From IMG/VR virus record IMGVR_UViG_3300045988_172855: 64,000 nucleotides of DNA. The stretch is one strand, 5' to 3'. The stretch is from a virus. The notes under the pieces are model-generated. The model was not told the DNA's origin, ran no database searches, and saw only the letters and a list, made by a program, of their open reading frames with translations. The position numbers and the translations under genes were made by a program. Positions 1 to 9,715 of this stretch are shown piece by piece (the stretch's first letter is position 1; each line of letters starts with the position of its first letter).

Positions 1-619
1 TCGAGCAACCGAGAAGATTGAGAGTGTGATCTGATTTCTGATTGTTTTTAAGTGCACTCCAAAGTCTTGTTCGTAATAATTTACCTATTCTGTAATTTTT
101 ATCTAATTTATATTTTTTATTTTGATATTCATTAAATCTTCCGTTTAATATCCTCTTCATATAAATATATTTACGAACTTTCTTACCTTTCTCTGATTGT
201 TCGTATTTTTCATTGCCTCTTTTAAGAGCTTTCTTACCTTTTTCCGATTGAATATATCTCAATCGCACTTCCCTATAAGTATTTGATTTTCGGCGTTCGA
301 GTTCATGTCGAATCCCTTGTTCTGATCTTCGGTATTTCTTCGTAGCTCTTTTATAAATCTCTTTTCCGTGTTCTGTTTTTTGAAGTTTTTGAGTAGAACG
401 TCTTTGACATTCTTTACCCTTTTCTGTTTGATAATATTTTCGTCTTGCTTCTGATGCAACCTCCTTTCCTCTAGGAGATTTTCTATACTCAGCTACACAA
501 TCTTTACATCGTGTATTTAACCCATCGGATTTCGATTTATCCTTTTGAAAATGATCAATGGGAAGTTCCCTCTTGCATTTTGAACAAATCTTCGTTCCTT
601 TTTCAAAATTTGCTTTCAT
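1..619 (-). CDS. Zn-ribbon, Lys/Arg-rich repeat protein (3' end lies beyond window start)
   Basis: Own translation. ATG at 619-617, and the frame stays open to nt 1 (no in-frame TTA/CTA/TCA on the + strand). N-terminus is MKANFEKGTKICSKCKRELPIDHF..DGLNTRCKDC (CxxC..CxxC), followed by repeated basic Y..SEKGK-type units. It is missing from the track because no stop falls inside the window. Confidence 0.55.
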   Translation of the reverse strand, partial: MKANFEKGTKICSKCKRELPIDHFQKDKSKSDGLNTRCKDCVAEYRKSPRGKEVASEARRKYYQTEKGKECQRRSTQKLQKTEHGKEIYKRATKKYRRSEQGIRHELERRKSNTYREVRLRYIQSEKGKKALKRGNEKYEQSEKGKKVRKYIYMKRILNGRFNEYQNKKYKLDKNYRIGKLLRTRLWSALKNNQKSDHTLNLLGCS

Positions 620-662
620 AATTTTTACAGATATATTATAACTATTGATTCCTATTTCTGAT

Positions 663-695
663 ATAAAAAATTATGGCAATAAAATTGCCATAATT
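663..695 (-). terminator. intrinsic terminator after tail tube gene
   Basis: Perfect 12-bp stem AATTATGGCAAT/ATTGCCATAATT (669-680 / 684-695) with a 3-nt loop, followed on the - strand by a U-run (A-run 664-668 on +). Confidence 0.7.
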
Positions 696-704
696 TATTG
701 ATTG

Positions 705-1187
705 TTAAAGTTCTAACGTTGAAATCGGATTTAAGTACAGACCTGTTATCGAATAACCTGCAATGCCACCTTCAGCCAAACTAAAGGCTTGATTGTTTAC
801 GAAACAAGGATTCAACAAACAAATTGTTTGTCCGGTCGGATCTACCTGAGTCACCATTTTTGTATTCGAATCTTGACTTTGAATCGTCTTAGAATAAATC
901 GCAAGAGCAAAACCAAGTTCACCAAGAACAAGTGTATCTACAATAGCTTTCACTGAACCAAGTCTATGCATCATTCCTTCCATAACAGGTTGTTTGAAAT
1001 CGATAAAGAATTGATCTACAGTAAAAGTACATTGATACCCAACAGGAGGCACTTCTTGTAACAGAAGATTACCTAATCCTTGTACATTTGCTCGATTCAC
1101 ATTTTCTGCAAACTGCAGGTTACGAACGTAACCTGCAACTTTGTTATCTATTTTTATATACGCTCTAGGCGCTGTAAATACTGCCAT
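705..1187 (-). CDS. putative tail tube protein
   Basis: A 160-aa ORF immediately downstream of the sheath-like gene, which is the canonical sheath-tube order. It is beta-rich and followed by a strong terminator. Confidence 0.5.
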   Translation of the reverse strand: MAVFTAPRAYIKIDNKVAGYVRNLQFAENVNRANVQGLGNLLLQEVPPVGYQCTFTVDQFFIDFKQPVMEGMMHRLGSVKAIVDTLVLGELGFALAIYSKTIQSQDSNTKMVTQVDPTGQTICLLNPCFVNNQAFSLAEGGIAGYSITGLYLNPISTLEL

Positions 1188-1205
1188 AATTATAATCTGT
1201 TACAA

Positions 1206-2849
1206 TTATCCACGAATTAAATAACCGGTAAAAAACAATTTCGTAATTTCGTTGTTTACTACAATCTTATAAGTTGTAAAATAAGCATCGTCTTTACGAG
1301 TTGTTACTACATCTCGGAATGATAATAACAAATTGTCTTGTTCAGTTGTCGCGGTTCTAGACTGAAGATATGCTACCGTCCAATCTTTAACTGCACCAGC
1401 AGATAGAGAATTTGCATTAACACCATTTTCTTGACCCAGCAAATCAATAGAAGCATTGACAATCAATTCTTTATTGATTTGAGCCACAACACGCATAAAT
1501 TGAATTGAGTAAGATTGTCCTTTTGCATTGAACAAATTAGCATTATCTTGTAATGTATTTACTCCTTGCAAAACTTCAAATTTACCCGAATAATCATTTA
1601 ACACGGTTACAAGAATACCATATTTCAAAGCCTTTTTCTTTTCAGACTCAGTTAATATGTGTTTAACCCGATCTACACCGATAGATTTAAATGTTACCGG
1701 TATATAAGGAGCTTTTCCTGAAACACGACCAACGATTGCACACGTATTATATAACGCAGGCCACCAACGAATCTTTTGAGCATCAAATGCTGATACCAAA
1801 CCAATACCACCGTGAACCAACTGAACATAACAGTTATTAAACGCTTGTGCAAAAGTAATCTCTTTAGAGAAATCTGCCGGATCATCATAACCTGTCGCAT
1901 ACAAGAAATGAGAAAATTTAGCATCCTGAGTGATGTGTTTGATAACAGCTTTTGTTGTAGTTGAATTTGCATTGGTACCAACCTGATCAGTCATAACAAT
2001 ACTATAATCCAAACCGATAATCTGATCTAATACAGCATTTAAATCATCTGCATCGAAAGATTCTGTACCACCTGATGCTAAAATATACGATTTATTATTC
2101 AAAGCGGTTGTAATATCGTCTTGAGTGACTTCTCCAGTACCTTCCGCCTTTGAAGTTGAATCTAAAACAAATAACAATCCAAAATTTGAATCATTGTTAG
2201 CCCAATCAATCAATTCTTGAATATTATTGAATTCAGGTGATTCCAATACCAATTCAGGATCAGCGTTATTCTGAGCAATGTCACCGTAAGGTAATCCATC
2301 AGTATAAGTGCCAGTATAAGTACCACGCCAAAATTGCATAATCCATTTTTCAGGATTTTCTACTCCTGCAACAAATGTAGCTCCATAACCAGTAGTTAAT
2401 AGAGTGTTACCAAACAATGTACCATTTGCAACCAATCCTTCGTCTAAAGTTTTAATTACAAATTTACCTCCTGATGTAGTTGCAAAAGCAATTGTTGCTC
2501 CTGTTGTTGTTGCAGCACGAACAAATTGAAGTTGTGATACTCCAACTGCATCGGGATTACTTGGATCAGGTGCAAATAACGCTTCTGCAACTCTCCACCA
2601 CAAACCGCCTTTCATAAAACCACGAAAATCGGAAATTGTATCGAATGTATAGATAGCATTCTGACCGCTCGTATTTTCACCATTGATACCAGCACCACCA
2701 CCAAAACCTGCAGAGTAAGCACCTGTATCGATTACAAGAACTTTTCCATAATCAAGTTGGCGAGCTGGACCAGTCTCTCCACTTACAATAGTACTATATG
2801 CACCTGGAAGAGATATCTGTTTGTTGTTCCAATAAAAAACTGATGCCAT
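1206..2849 (-). CDS. putative contractile tail sheath protein
   Basis: 547 aa, Gly/Thr/Ala-rich like sheath proteins. It sits after the neck genes and before the tube-sized ORF. The call rests on position and composition only. Confidence 0.6.
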   Translation of the reverse strand: MASVFYWNNKQISLPGAYSTIVSGETGPARQLDYGKVLVIDTGAYSAGFGGGAGINGENTSGQNAIYTFDTISDFRGFMKGGLWWRVAEALFAPDPSNPDAVGVSQLQFVRAATTTGATIAFATTSGGKFVIKTLDEGLVANGTLFGNTLLTTGYGATFVAGVENPEKWIMQFWRGTYTGTYTDGLPYGDIAQNNADPELVLESPEFNNIQELIDWANNDSNFGLLFVLDSTSKAEGTGEVTQDDITTALNNKSYILASGGTESFDADDLNAVLDQIIGLDYSIVMTDQVGTNANSTTTKAVIKHITQDAKFSHFLYATGYDDPADFSKEITFAQAFNNCYVQLVHGGIGLVSAFDAQKIRWWPALYNTCAIVGRVSGKAPYIPVTFKSIGVDRVKHILTESEKKKALKYGILVTVLNDYSGKFEVLQGVNTLQDNANLFNAKGQSYSIQFMRVVAQINKELIVNASIDLLGQENGVNANSLSAGAVKDWTVAYLQSRTATTEQDNLLLSFRDVVTTRKDDAYFTTYKIVVNNEITKLFFTGYLIRG

Positions 2850-2883
2850 TTTATTATTATCAATTAATTTTCACGAATTCTAA

Positions 2884-2935
2884 AAATCACATAAATATAC
2901 ATCTTATTTTTCTTCTCGCAAAATAAATCACATAA
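2884..2935. repeat. 11-nt direct repeat aaatcacataa x2 upstream of sheath gene
   Basis: Copies at 2884-2894 and 2925-2935, inside the 91-nt gap between 2941..3636 and the sheath start. Confidence 0.6.
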
Positions 2936-2940
2936 TTTTG

Positions 2941-3636
2941 TTAAATTATTTCAGACTCTACACCAGGAAGACCTAAATTCGAACAATTTCCTCTAGGATT
3001 TATCGCTGCTTTACCCGCATCTTCAAAAATAAGTTTGTTGAGTAAACCTTCATCTACAAGAGTAGGAATTAATTCATCTGACGCTAAATCAATTCTTAAT
3101 GATCTAAAGAAAATTGGTAGAGGCATCAAATCCTGCTCTGCTATCAATTCAGTCATATTAAAATCGATCTTGTAAAACATTGTCGATAATACATTATAAG
3201 CTCCTAACATAAGAGCATACAATATTTCAGACATTAAAATCGACTCTAAAATATTATCAGCTAAACACATAACATCGAAATTATATGCTCGACTATCTCT
3301 GACTTCAAACCCTCCATTAGGCGTCATCATTCCTGTTAATTTACCAATACTCTGCGCCATACCTGAATTTTTACCTGGCTCTCTAATTACGTAACAAGGT
3401 AAATTAGTCTTATCTTTAGGAAACTCAATTCTTACTTGAATTTTACGAGGATCTTCACTTGTTCGTAAAAACATTTTCTTCGCTTGTTCGTAAAAGTCAA
3501 AACTACCGTCTTTTGTACCGTATAAAATTTGATACAAAAAAGTCTTCGTTTCGTCATCTTTGTAATTCTCATAATCTGTCGGAATATATTCCAACAACTG
3601 ATTGAGAATATCTTTCATTCGCACGATCTGTAACAT
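2941..3636 (-). CDS. hypothetical virion protein (neck/tail-terminator region by position)
   Basis: Track ORF with an ATG start, tightly packed between the capsid and sheath genes. Confidence 0.4.
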   Translation of the reverse strand: MLQIVRMKDILNQLLEYIPTDYENYKDDETKTFLYQILYGTKDGSFDFYEQAKKMFLRTSEDPRKIQVRIEFPKDKTNLPCYVIREPGKNSGMAQSIGKLTGMMTPNGGFEVRDSRAYNFDVMCLADNILESILMSEILYALMLGAYNVLSTMFYKIDFNMTELIAEQDLMPLPIFFRSLRIDLASDELIPTLVDEGLLNKLIFEDAGKAAINPRGNCSNLGLPGVESEII

Positions 3637-3638
3637 CT

Positions 3639-4421
3639 TTATCTATTTAATAGTTGTTCTAATGTTTCATCTATAGCCATACTAGCTACTTTATCTATCT
3701 CTGCGGCCTCCAAAGCTCTATCCATGAGACGTTTGGCAGTAATACCACCATTCCACCAACTGTTTGGATCTGAAGTGTCACTTACTCGTCTAAATGTAAA
3801 ATAATTTCCTCTTTTTTCTATTTCTGAACTTTCAGCTTTAACTCTCACAAGACCTTCATATTTTGCAGCCTTATGTACGTATTCAGGAACTTTCAATCCT
3901 GGAATATTAATTTCTTTTCTTACACCTAATATTTGATGTTCAGAAGGTAAATCGCTTCGTTTTAACGGTTTAGGTGAATTCTTTGCTAAATCGTAAATAC
4001 TTTGTGGCATTATAGATTTAAAAATTTCTGACTCTGCAATAGCTTGTGGTGTCGCATGTCTAAATGGCACTGTCAAATACCAACCGAGACCGTTTTTCTT
4101 TTGTTTGGCTTTACTAGATTTTTGAAATCCCGGTTTTTCATCAAATGGACTTGCACCTTCTTCAACCATTAATGCTAAAGGAGATTCTCTTACAGATAAA
4201 CCAAACACAACTTCTAAAGAAGACGGTCGTTCGATATAAACTGCACGTAAATATTCTTCTCTAGATTGTTTTAATTCTTTATTTATCAAATTCTGCCATT
4301 TAGACGAATACTCTTGAACCACTCTATCAATAATAGCGGCTCCTAACATATTGGCAGAATTTTCATCAAGATTAAATTCTGTCACTACATCACTTAAATC
4401 TATTCTAATTGGCAAACTCAT
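3639..4421 (-). CDS. hypothetical virion protein (head-tail joining region by position)
   Basis: Track ORF whose start overlaps the upstream gene's stop by 4 nt. Confidence 0.4.
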   Translation of the reverse strand: MSLPIRIDLSDVVTEFNLDENSANMLGAAIIDRVVQEYSSKWQNLINKELKQSREEYLRAVYIERPSSLEVVFGLSVRESPLALMVEEGASPFDEKPGFQKSSKAKQKKNGLGWYLTVPFRHATPQAIAESEIFKSIMPQSIYDLAKNSPKPLKRSDLPSEHQILGVRKEINIPGLKVPEYVHKAAKYEGLVRVKAESSEIEKRGNYFTFRRVSDTSDPNSWWNGGITAKRLMDRALEAAEIDKVASMAIDETLEQLLNR

Positions 4422-5194
4422 ACATCGTCATTTCTCATTAATCCCGATCCATCAAACATTGGTTTTGACACATCAATAAGGTGACTTCTTCTCGCAATCG
4501 CTTGAATAGGGAGTTGAATTTTTTCTTGTTTTCCTGTCGTTCTTTCCATCTTCCATGAAGCACGTATTTCGTGAGGCAAATCAATTACATGATATTCCGG
4601 GCAATGTTTGTAATAAACACTTAAACATCCGTTTTCAGGAGGCTCTTCATCTAAAATCAAACAATACGGATTATCAGGATTTATGTGATATGCCATCGTT
4701 TTATTCAGTTTCTGATTAGAATTAACGAAGGTATATATTGCTAACACTTGAACAGGCTTATACGTTGTAAAAACAAAATAAACCCCTTGTGATCCTTTTC
4801 TTATAATAAGGTTCTCGCTATAATAAGAATACTCTGTTTCAAATGTAACTCTATCGTACCAAGATAAATTAGCTTTATTTACATCCATCACTGTAATAGC
4901 TATTGTTCCAAGTAACGTTTCTGACCAATTCTTATATTGATTATTCTGATTTACACCTGTAATAAGAGCTTTTGTTCGTACTGAATTTACATAAAAATAA
5001 CCTGTTCCATAACAGTTTTGACAATCAAGTAAAGAAGCTTCGACTCCATTACAAGGACATCTCAACGCACGTTCTAATTGGACCCAATATCCTTTATTCC
5101 ACGTCGCCGCATCAAAATCTTCTTTAACAAATTCGGGACTCGGTCTACCTACAAGATTAGGCGCTGATTGTGTTAAGATATTTTTCGCTTCCAT
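4418..5194 (-). CDS. hypothetical virion protein with Cys cluster
   Basis: Track ORF containing a CPC..(10)..CQNC cluster near the N-terminus. Translationally coupled to its neighbours. Confidence 0.4.
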   Translation of the reverse strand: MEAKNILTQSAPNLVGRPSPEFVKEDFDAATWNKGYWVQLERALRCPCNGVEASLLDCQNCYGTGYFYVNSVRTKALITGVNQNNQYKNWSETLLGTIAITVMDVNKANLSWYDRVTFETEYSYYSENLIIRKGSQGVYFVFTTYKPVQVLAIYTFVNSNQKLNKTMAYHINPDNPYCLILDEEPPENGCLSVYYKHCPEYHVIDLPHEIRASWKMERTTGKQEKIQLPIQAIARRSHLIDVSKPMFDGSGLMRNDDV

Positions 5195-5994
5195 TACATT
5201 ACCATAAATTTAGGTTGATCGTAAACTAATTTTAATCTACCTGTCGTTTCCTTGATTTGTTTTTCGTATTGTATCAATCTTGCGCCATAACCCGCATTTG
5301 TTGCTGATGCAGTGGTAGAAATACTTTGACTAAGACCGTCTATACTTAACGATTGACTTGCAATACCTGCAGAACCTAAAATTAAATCACCGGCAATTCC
5401 TAACGGTCCAAATGATGCAACCATACCAACTACATTAATAAGATCCATCGGCATTTGATCTATATCCCAACCTGTTATATATTGAATTCTCCAATAATCA
5501 GGTATCATATTAAATCTTTGCATTCCGACTTGAGAAGTGATACCTGTTAAAATAATTTCAGCATTTCCTCGTGTAGATGAGCCAGTTGGAACAACACTTA
5601 TTCTTCGTTTACCTTGTCCCATCAAAGTATCGTATTCGCAGAATAACCAACCTTGAGGATAAACAATTTGCTCCATTTTATTCAACATACCTATCATTGA
5701 CAACGGTTCTCTTACAGGATAATTCGTCTGTAAAATAGGAAATGTTTGCCAATAATCTGTTCTGTAGTAAGTGATTGTTTGGTCAGCTAACTGTTTAATA
5801 AATTTCAAGTTGTAATAATTTTCGATTTCTCGCTGAGCTGCAACCAAATAAAATCGCATTGATTCGTCAGAGAAATTAGATCCTTCTCCTCCTTGAATTT
5901 TGATTCCGTACAAAAACAATTCCCATAATTCAGCTACGGAAATAACTAAACCGGTATTTTTACGATACTTGATATTAAAAGTTAGCTGAGCCAT
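5194..5994 (-). CDS. hypothetical virion protein (connector region by position)
   Basis: Track ORF with a 1-nt overlap with the downstream gene. Confidence 0.4.
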   Translation of the reverse strand: MAQLTFNIKYRKNTGLVISVAELWELFLYGIKIQGGEGSNFSDESMRFYLVAAQREIENYYNLKFIKQLADQTITYYRTDYWQTFPILQTNYPVREPLSMIGMLNKMEQIVYPQGWLFCEYDTLMGQGKRRISVVPTGSSTRGNAEIILTGITSQVGMQRFNMIPDYWRIQYITGWDIDQMPMDLINVVGMVASFGPLGIAGDLILGSAGIASQSLSIDGLSQSISTTASATNAGYGARLIQYEKQIKETTGRLKLVYDQPKFMVM

Positions 5995-6006
5995 AATAAC
6001 ACTGTT

Positions 6007-6570
6007 TTATGATTTTGACATGATCATTTTAATGATCTCATCTTTCTTTTTATTTTTTAAATCTTTTTCTTCGAAACCACCGCCTTCTTCTGTCATTCCC
6101 ATTTCAATTAATTGTTTGACAGTCAAAGTATTGAGTTCGTTGAACAACTCATCGTCAATATCTTCATCACCTTTTTCTGCTTTTTCGGTTTCTATTTCTT
6201 TATCATCTTTCTTTTCTTCTTTAGAAGGAGAAATACCTTTTTGTAAATCTTCAACAGCTTTTTTCCAAGATTTAATTTCTTCATCTTTTTTGTCAAGCTC
6301 GACTTTTTGAGATTCAATGATATTCTTCAAACGATTGATCTCGTTTTTAAACTCTTCATTACCTTCAGAAACCTCTTGTCTCAATTTACTTTCAAGAGAA
6401 GTTTTGTATTCAGGTTCATCGCCTTCTTTATAAATATTAGGGAGTTTGCGATCAACGAGCTCTTGATACAATTCTTCAGAAATATCTGCATTTCCATTTA
6501 TAAAATGAATTACTCCACCATTTAATTTAATTTTTTGAGAGCTATACACTCTACTTCTTACTTTTACCAT
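6007..6570 (-). CDS. acidic coiled-coil protein downstream of capsid gene
   Basis: The track start at 6576 is TTG; the first ATG is at 6570. Central Glu/Lys-rich coiled coil. The C-terminal LTVKQLIEMG...KDEIIKMI resembles a SAP/Rho_N-like helix pair. Confidence 0.4.
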   Translation of the reverse strand: MVKVRSRVYSSQKIKLNGGVIHFINGNADISEELYQELVDRKLPNIYKEGDEPEYKTSLESKLRQEVSEGNEEFKNEINRLKNIIESQKVELDKKDEEIKSWKKAVEDLQKGISPSKEEKKDDKEIETEKAEKGDEDIDDELFNELNTLTVKQLIEMGMTEEGGGFEEKDLKNKKKDEIIKMIMSKS

Positions 6571-6596
6571 AATCAATTTGTTTTAGGTTTTCAAAA

Positions 6597-6636
6597 AGAG
6601 AAAGGAGAGGAGTTTATGATCTCTCCTCCCCTTTCT
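6597..6636 (-). terminator. hairpin after major capsid gene
   Basis: Purine/pyrimidine arms AGAGAAAGGAGAGGAG / CTCTCCTCCCCTTTCT give about 12 bp of pairing with one mismatch. On the - strand it is followed by CTTTTTG. Confidence 0.55.
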
Positions 6637-6656
6637 TTAGTTGTTTTTATTTGTTT

Positions 6657-8177
6657 TTAAACAAGACCTTCTTCACCGATATTCACGATACGAACAATCT
6701 TAGCAGGCTGATACAATACCGGAGTACCGTAATTCAAAATTGCAAATCTACGAGAAGGAGCTGTAATAGCAAAATCCATCTTCATAGTATCAGCAAACTG
6801 CAAATATTCGTTAATCTGATTATCATTGTAGTAAATCAATGCAGATTTTGTACCTGCAATGATACGATTGCGGTCACGAACACAATTAGCAGCAGCACCA
6901 TCCCATCCACTAGCCATTTGAGAAGCAGGAACTTCAAAGATAGGATAATATTCTGTTGTATTGTTAAGCGCAGCATCTTTCTTTGTACGATAAATTACGA
7001 AGCAAGTAGCTGCATAAGCACCACCAACACCGGCAGTAAATCCAAATTCAACTGAATCAGTTGCTGCAACAGCTTGAGCACCTCCTGAAGTAATATTCAA
7101 AGGAGCAGATTCACCGTAACGGTTCTTAGCAGTAACCAAATAACCGTAAGTACCTGCATGACGACCGAAGTTTGTCTTAGTGTCATTATTGTTTACTTTA
7201 ATAGCAGTTCCGACAACTGGAATAACCGGAGCTTTAGGTGAAGTTGCTTGTTTTCCTACAGTGATCGGTTTACGTTCATCAAAGAAACGGTCGTTTTTGA
7301 TATTGATCTTACCAAACTGAGTAGTAACATCATTTACACTCTGACCCATTGTTGCACCGGTTACAGAAGCAGCCAAACCTACAATAACACGTTTTGATTC
7401 GTGGAACAATTTAACGTAATTGTTAAATACAATCGGGTTAGAAATGATGCGATCAATATAACCGTTATACACGTTAACAACAACGTTAGCTGCATCCTGA
7501 ATCAAATTGTCATTCAAAACCTGATTCTGAGCATCAATAACAGCCGGAGAATTGAAATAATTATCAAGTAACTGTTCTGAAGTCTTACCTTCTGCAGTAC
7601 CTCCATCCATTTCGTTTACACCAAGCATGTGTTGACGGAATACGCCATCAAACTGTTCAGGGACACAAGTAGAGTCTGCATCAACCAAACGAGCATCCAA
7701 AATAGTTTGTAACAAAATAGTCTTATTCTCAACTTCTTTGGTGTACATATTCATACCACCAGCCAATCTAGCGAGCATTGCAGGATGAGTAACCTGACCT
7801 GTAACACCCATAAATTTGGTGATGATTGACTTACGTCTGTACTGAGAATCGGTTTCTTCCGGAGTTTCACCTTCAGTATTAAAGATACCAACTTCTTCAC
7901 CATACTTATACAACTGATTATACTGATGTACTGTATTGTCGATCTTATGTTTCGGCATTTCCATCAAGTAAACCAACTGATTTAAGCGGTTACCCAAGAT
8001 CTTTAATGTAGAGTCGAGTGATTCAACTTTCAGACCACCACCATTGTTGATCTGATTGTTATATTGCATACCGGTCTGAAGACCAGCTTCCATTGCTTTC
8101 AAAATGTCTTTTGCGGAAATTTCATCCAACAAGTTCGCTCCTGAAGCATCGTTAGTATTGTAATTATACAGATCCAT
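6657..8177 (-). CDS. putative major capsid protein
   Basis: 506 aa, directly after the protease- and scaffold-like genes and followed by an attenuator hairpin. The call rests on position and size. Confidence 0.6.
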   Translation of the reverse strand: MDLYNYNTNDASGANLLDEISAKDILKAMEAGLQTGMQYNNQINNGGGLKVESLDSTLKILGNRLNQLVYLMEMPKHKIDNTVHQYNQLYKYGEEVGIFNTEGETPEETDSQYRRKSIITKFMGVTGQVTHPAMLARLAGGMNMYTKEVENKTILLQTILDARLVDADSTCVPEQFDGVFRQHMLGVNEMDGGTAEGKTSEQLLDNYFNSPAVIDAQNQVLNDNLIQDAANVVVNVYNGYIDRIISNPIVFNNYVKLFHESKRVIVGLAASVTGATMGQSVNDVTTQFGKINIKNDRFFDERKPITVGKQATSPKAPVIPVVGTAIKVNNNDTKTNFGRHAGTYGYLVTAKNRYGESAPLNITSGGAQAVAATDSVEFGFTAGVGGAYAATCFVIYRTKKDAALNNTTEYYPIFEVPASQMASGWDGAAANCVRDRNRIIAGTKSALIYYNDNQINEYLQFADTMKMDFAITAPSRRFAILNYGTPVLYQPAKIVRIVNIGEEGLV

Positions 8178-8212
8178 AATTTATTTAGTTTTTAGTTTTC
8201 TCCGAATTCTTA

Positions 8213-8875
8213 TTATTTGCACAATTTAATATCGCATTTATCATACATATATTGAGCGAGTTCTTGACCAACGGTTTCAGCTTCCGGATTTGTCAAATAC
8301 GCCAACATATCACCTTCCATTGATTTCTGTAAAGTTTCAGACATCTGATCGTAAGCCTTTTCAATTGCCTTTACAACCAACGGACGTTGAGAAATAATAT
8401 TCATCTCATATTTATTATTCTCGTCTTTAGCGATCTGCATTGATTTCTGAATAGCATTTACATTTTCCAATCCAGCAGAACGGAAACTCGGCGTCTGTCC
8501 GCCAATTTTATCAATCTTATCACTCAATACATCCAAAGTTTCAGCCATCTTCTCCATAATAGGAGCAAATACGCCCATAGATTTAGCAAAGGTTTCTTCT
8601 ACAGCTTTTTTGATGCCTTCAGCATCACGATCTTCTGCAGTATCTTTTTCATCGTCCTTTACTTTTTCTTCTTTCTTAACAGCTTCTTTTTCGAGTTTAT
8701 CGATATCTTTTTCCTGCTTTGTTTCAGATTCGTGATCACCTGCAGCGGCAGCGTCTTCACTCTTCTCGATTTTGATATCGCCTTTTTCAATACTTTTTGC
8801 GATATAATCTTCAGTGAAACCCATAGCTAACATGGATTTAACTATCGCGTTGTCTTTGTAGTCTTCAAACTTCAT
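8213..8875 (-). CDS. putative scaffolding protein
   Basis: 220 aa, strongly acidic and Lys-rich helical sequence (EKEAVKKEEKVKDDEKD...), located between the protease-like and capsid genes. Confidence 0.55.
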   Translation of the reverse strand: MKFEDYKDNAIVKSMLAMGFTEDYIAKSIEKGDIKIEKSEDAAAAGDHESETKQEKDIDKLEKEAVKKEEKVKDDEKDTAEDRDAEGIKKAVEETFAKSMGVFAPIMEKMAETLDVLSDKIDKIGGQTPSFRSAGLENVNAIQKSMQIAKDENNKYEMNIISQRPLVVKAIEKAYDQMSETLQKSMEGDMLAYLTNPEAETVGQELAQYMYDKCDIKLCK

Positions 8876-8935
8876 AATTACTGAATTTTATTTGTTTATG
8901 TAAAAATAGAACCAAAATTTTACTTATCAAATTAA

Positions 8936-9715
8936 TTAACGAAAATTTTGCAAGTAGTCCCATAAAATTTTCGAAGAAATGTGACCCTCCATATAACTTT
9001 TATACAATTCTTTAAAGTCGTCACTCTCTACTCCTTCTGTCGGAAATGCTTTCAAAACAAAATTTTTATCAATAGAAAGAAGATATCCATTCTTTTCCAT
9101 TTCTAAAAGAATATTAGTTTGTTTAAAACTAACGCTATCGCTTTCAGAACAATCAATATAATCCTGTTTCTGAATACCCTTAACTATATCAGCATAAGTA
9201 TTTGCATTAACAGGAGTCATTGTCATTGCTACATTTGTAATTAATGCTTTTGTAATTTTTTTCGGATTCTTTTTATCTCTTTCTAATGCCTTACCTTCAA
9301 TACTAAAACCAGGTTTACGATTTGTTCCCGATTCTTGCATTTCTAACGCTTTATCATAAAAAGCTCTAGCTTCAGGAGATTTTTTCCACAATTGACACTT
9401 GACAAAAAATTTATTGTCTTTGACTTTAGCATCTAAAGGGGCTCCTATCCAAAATCGAGACTTGTTTATCGGACTACGCGAAGTAAGATGATCTAGATTT
9501 ATCAATCCGTGTTTCAAAAAACGATCAATAATAAAACCATTTGGTTCCATTGATTCTTCTTCTGAATCTTCGGACGCATCGGAAGCCAAACCCTCAAAAA
9601 TCATTCTTTCGTACCGCTTATCGTCTCCTACTGGATAATCAAGCGGATTGAATTTAGAAGATTTTTCAAGATTGGCTTCTGTGAAAAAATTAAACTTAGC
9701 ATCTATATCAAACAT
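8936..9715 (-). CDS. putative prohead maturation protease
   Basis: 259 aa upstream of the scaffold and capsid genes. Segments GFSIEGK...NVAMTMTPVN resemble prohead protease families. Not verified by any search. Confidence 0.45.
   Translation of the reverse strand: MFDIDAKFNFFTEANLEKSSKFNPLDYPVGDDKRYERMIFEGLASDASEDSEEESMEPNGFIIDRFLKHGLINLDHLTSRSPINKSRFWIGAPLDAKVKDNKFFVKCQLWKKSPEARAFYDKALEMQESGTNRKPGFSIEGKALERDKKNPKKITKALITNVAMTMTPVNANTYADIVKGIQKQDYIDCSESDSVSFKQTNILLEMEKNGYLLSIDKNFVLKAFPTEGVESDDFKELYKSYMEGHISSKILWDYLQNFR

Noticed and set aside
259-459. Track ORF of 66 aa on the - strand
   Set aside because: It is an alternative frame (with a TTG start) inside the longer frame that is open from ATG 619 to the window edge. 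That longer frame has a coherent Zn-ribbon and repeat architecture.
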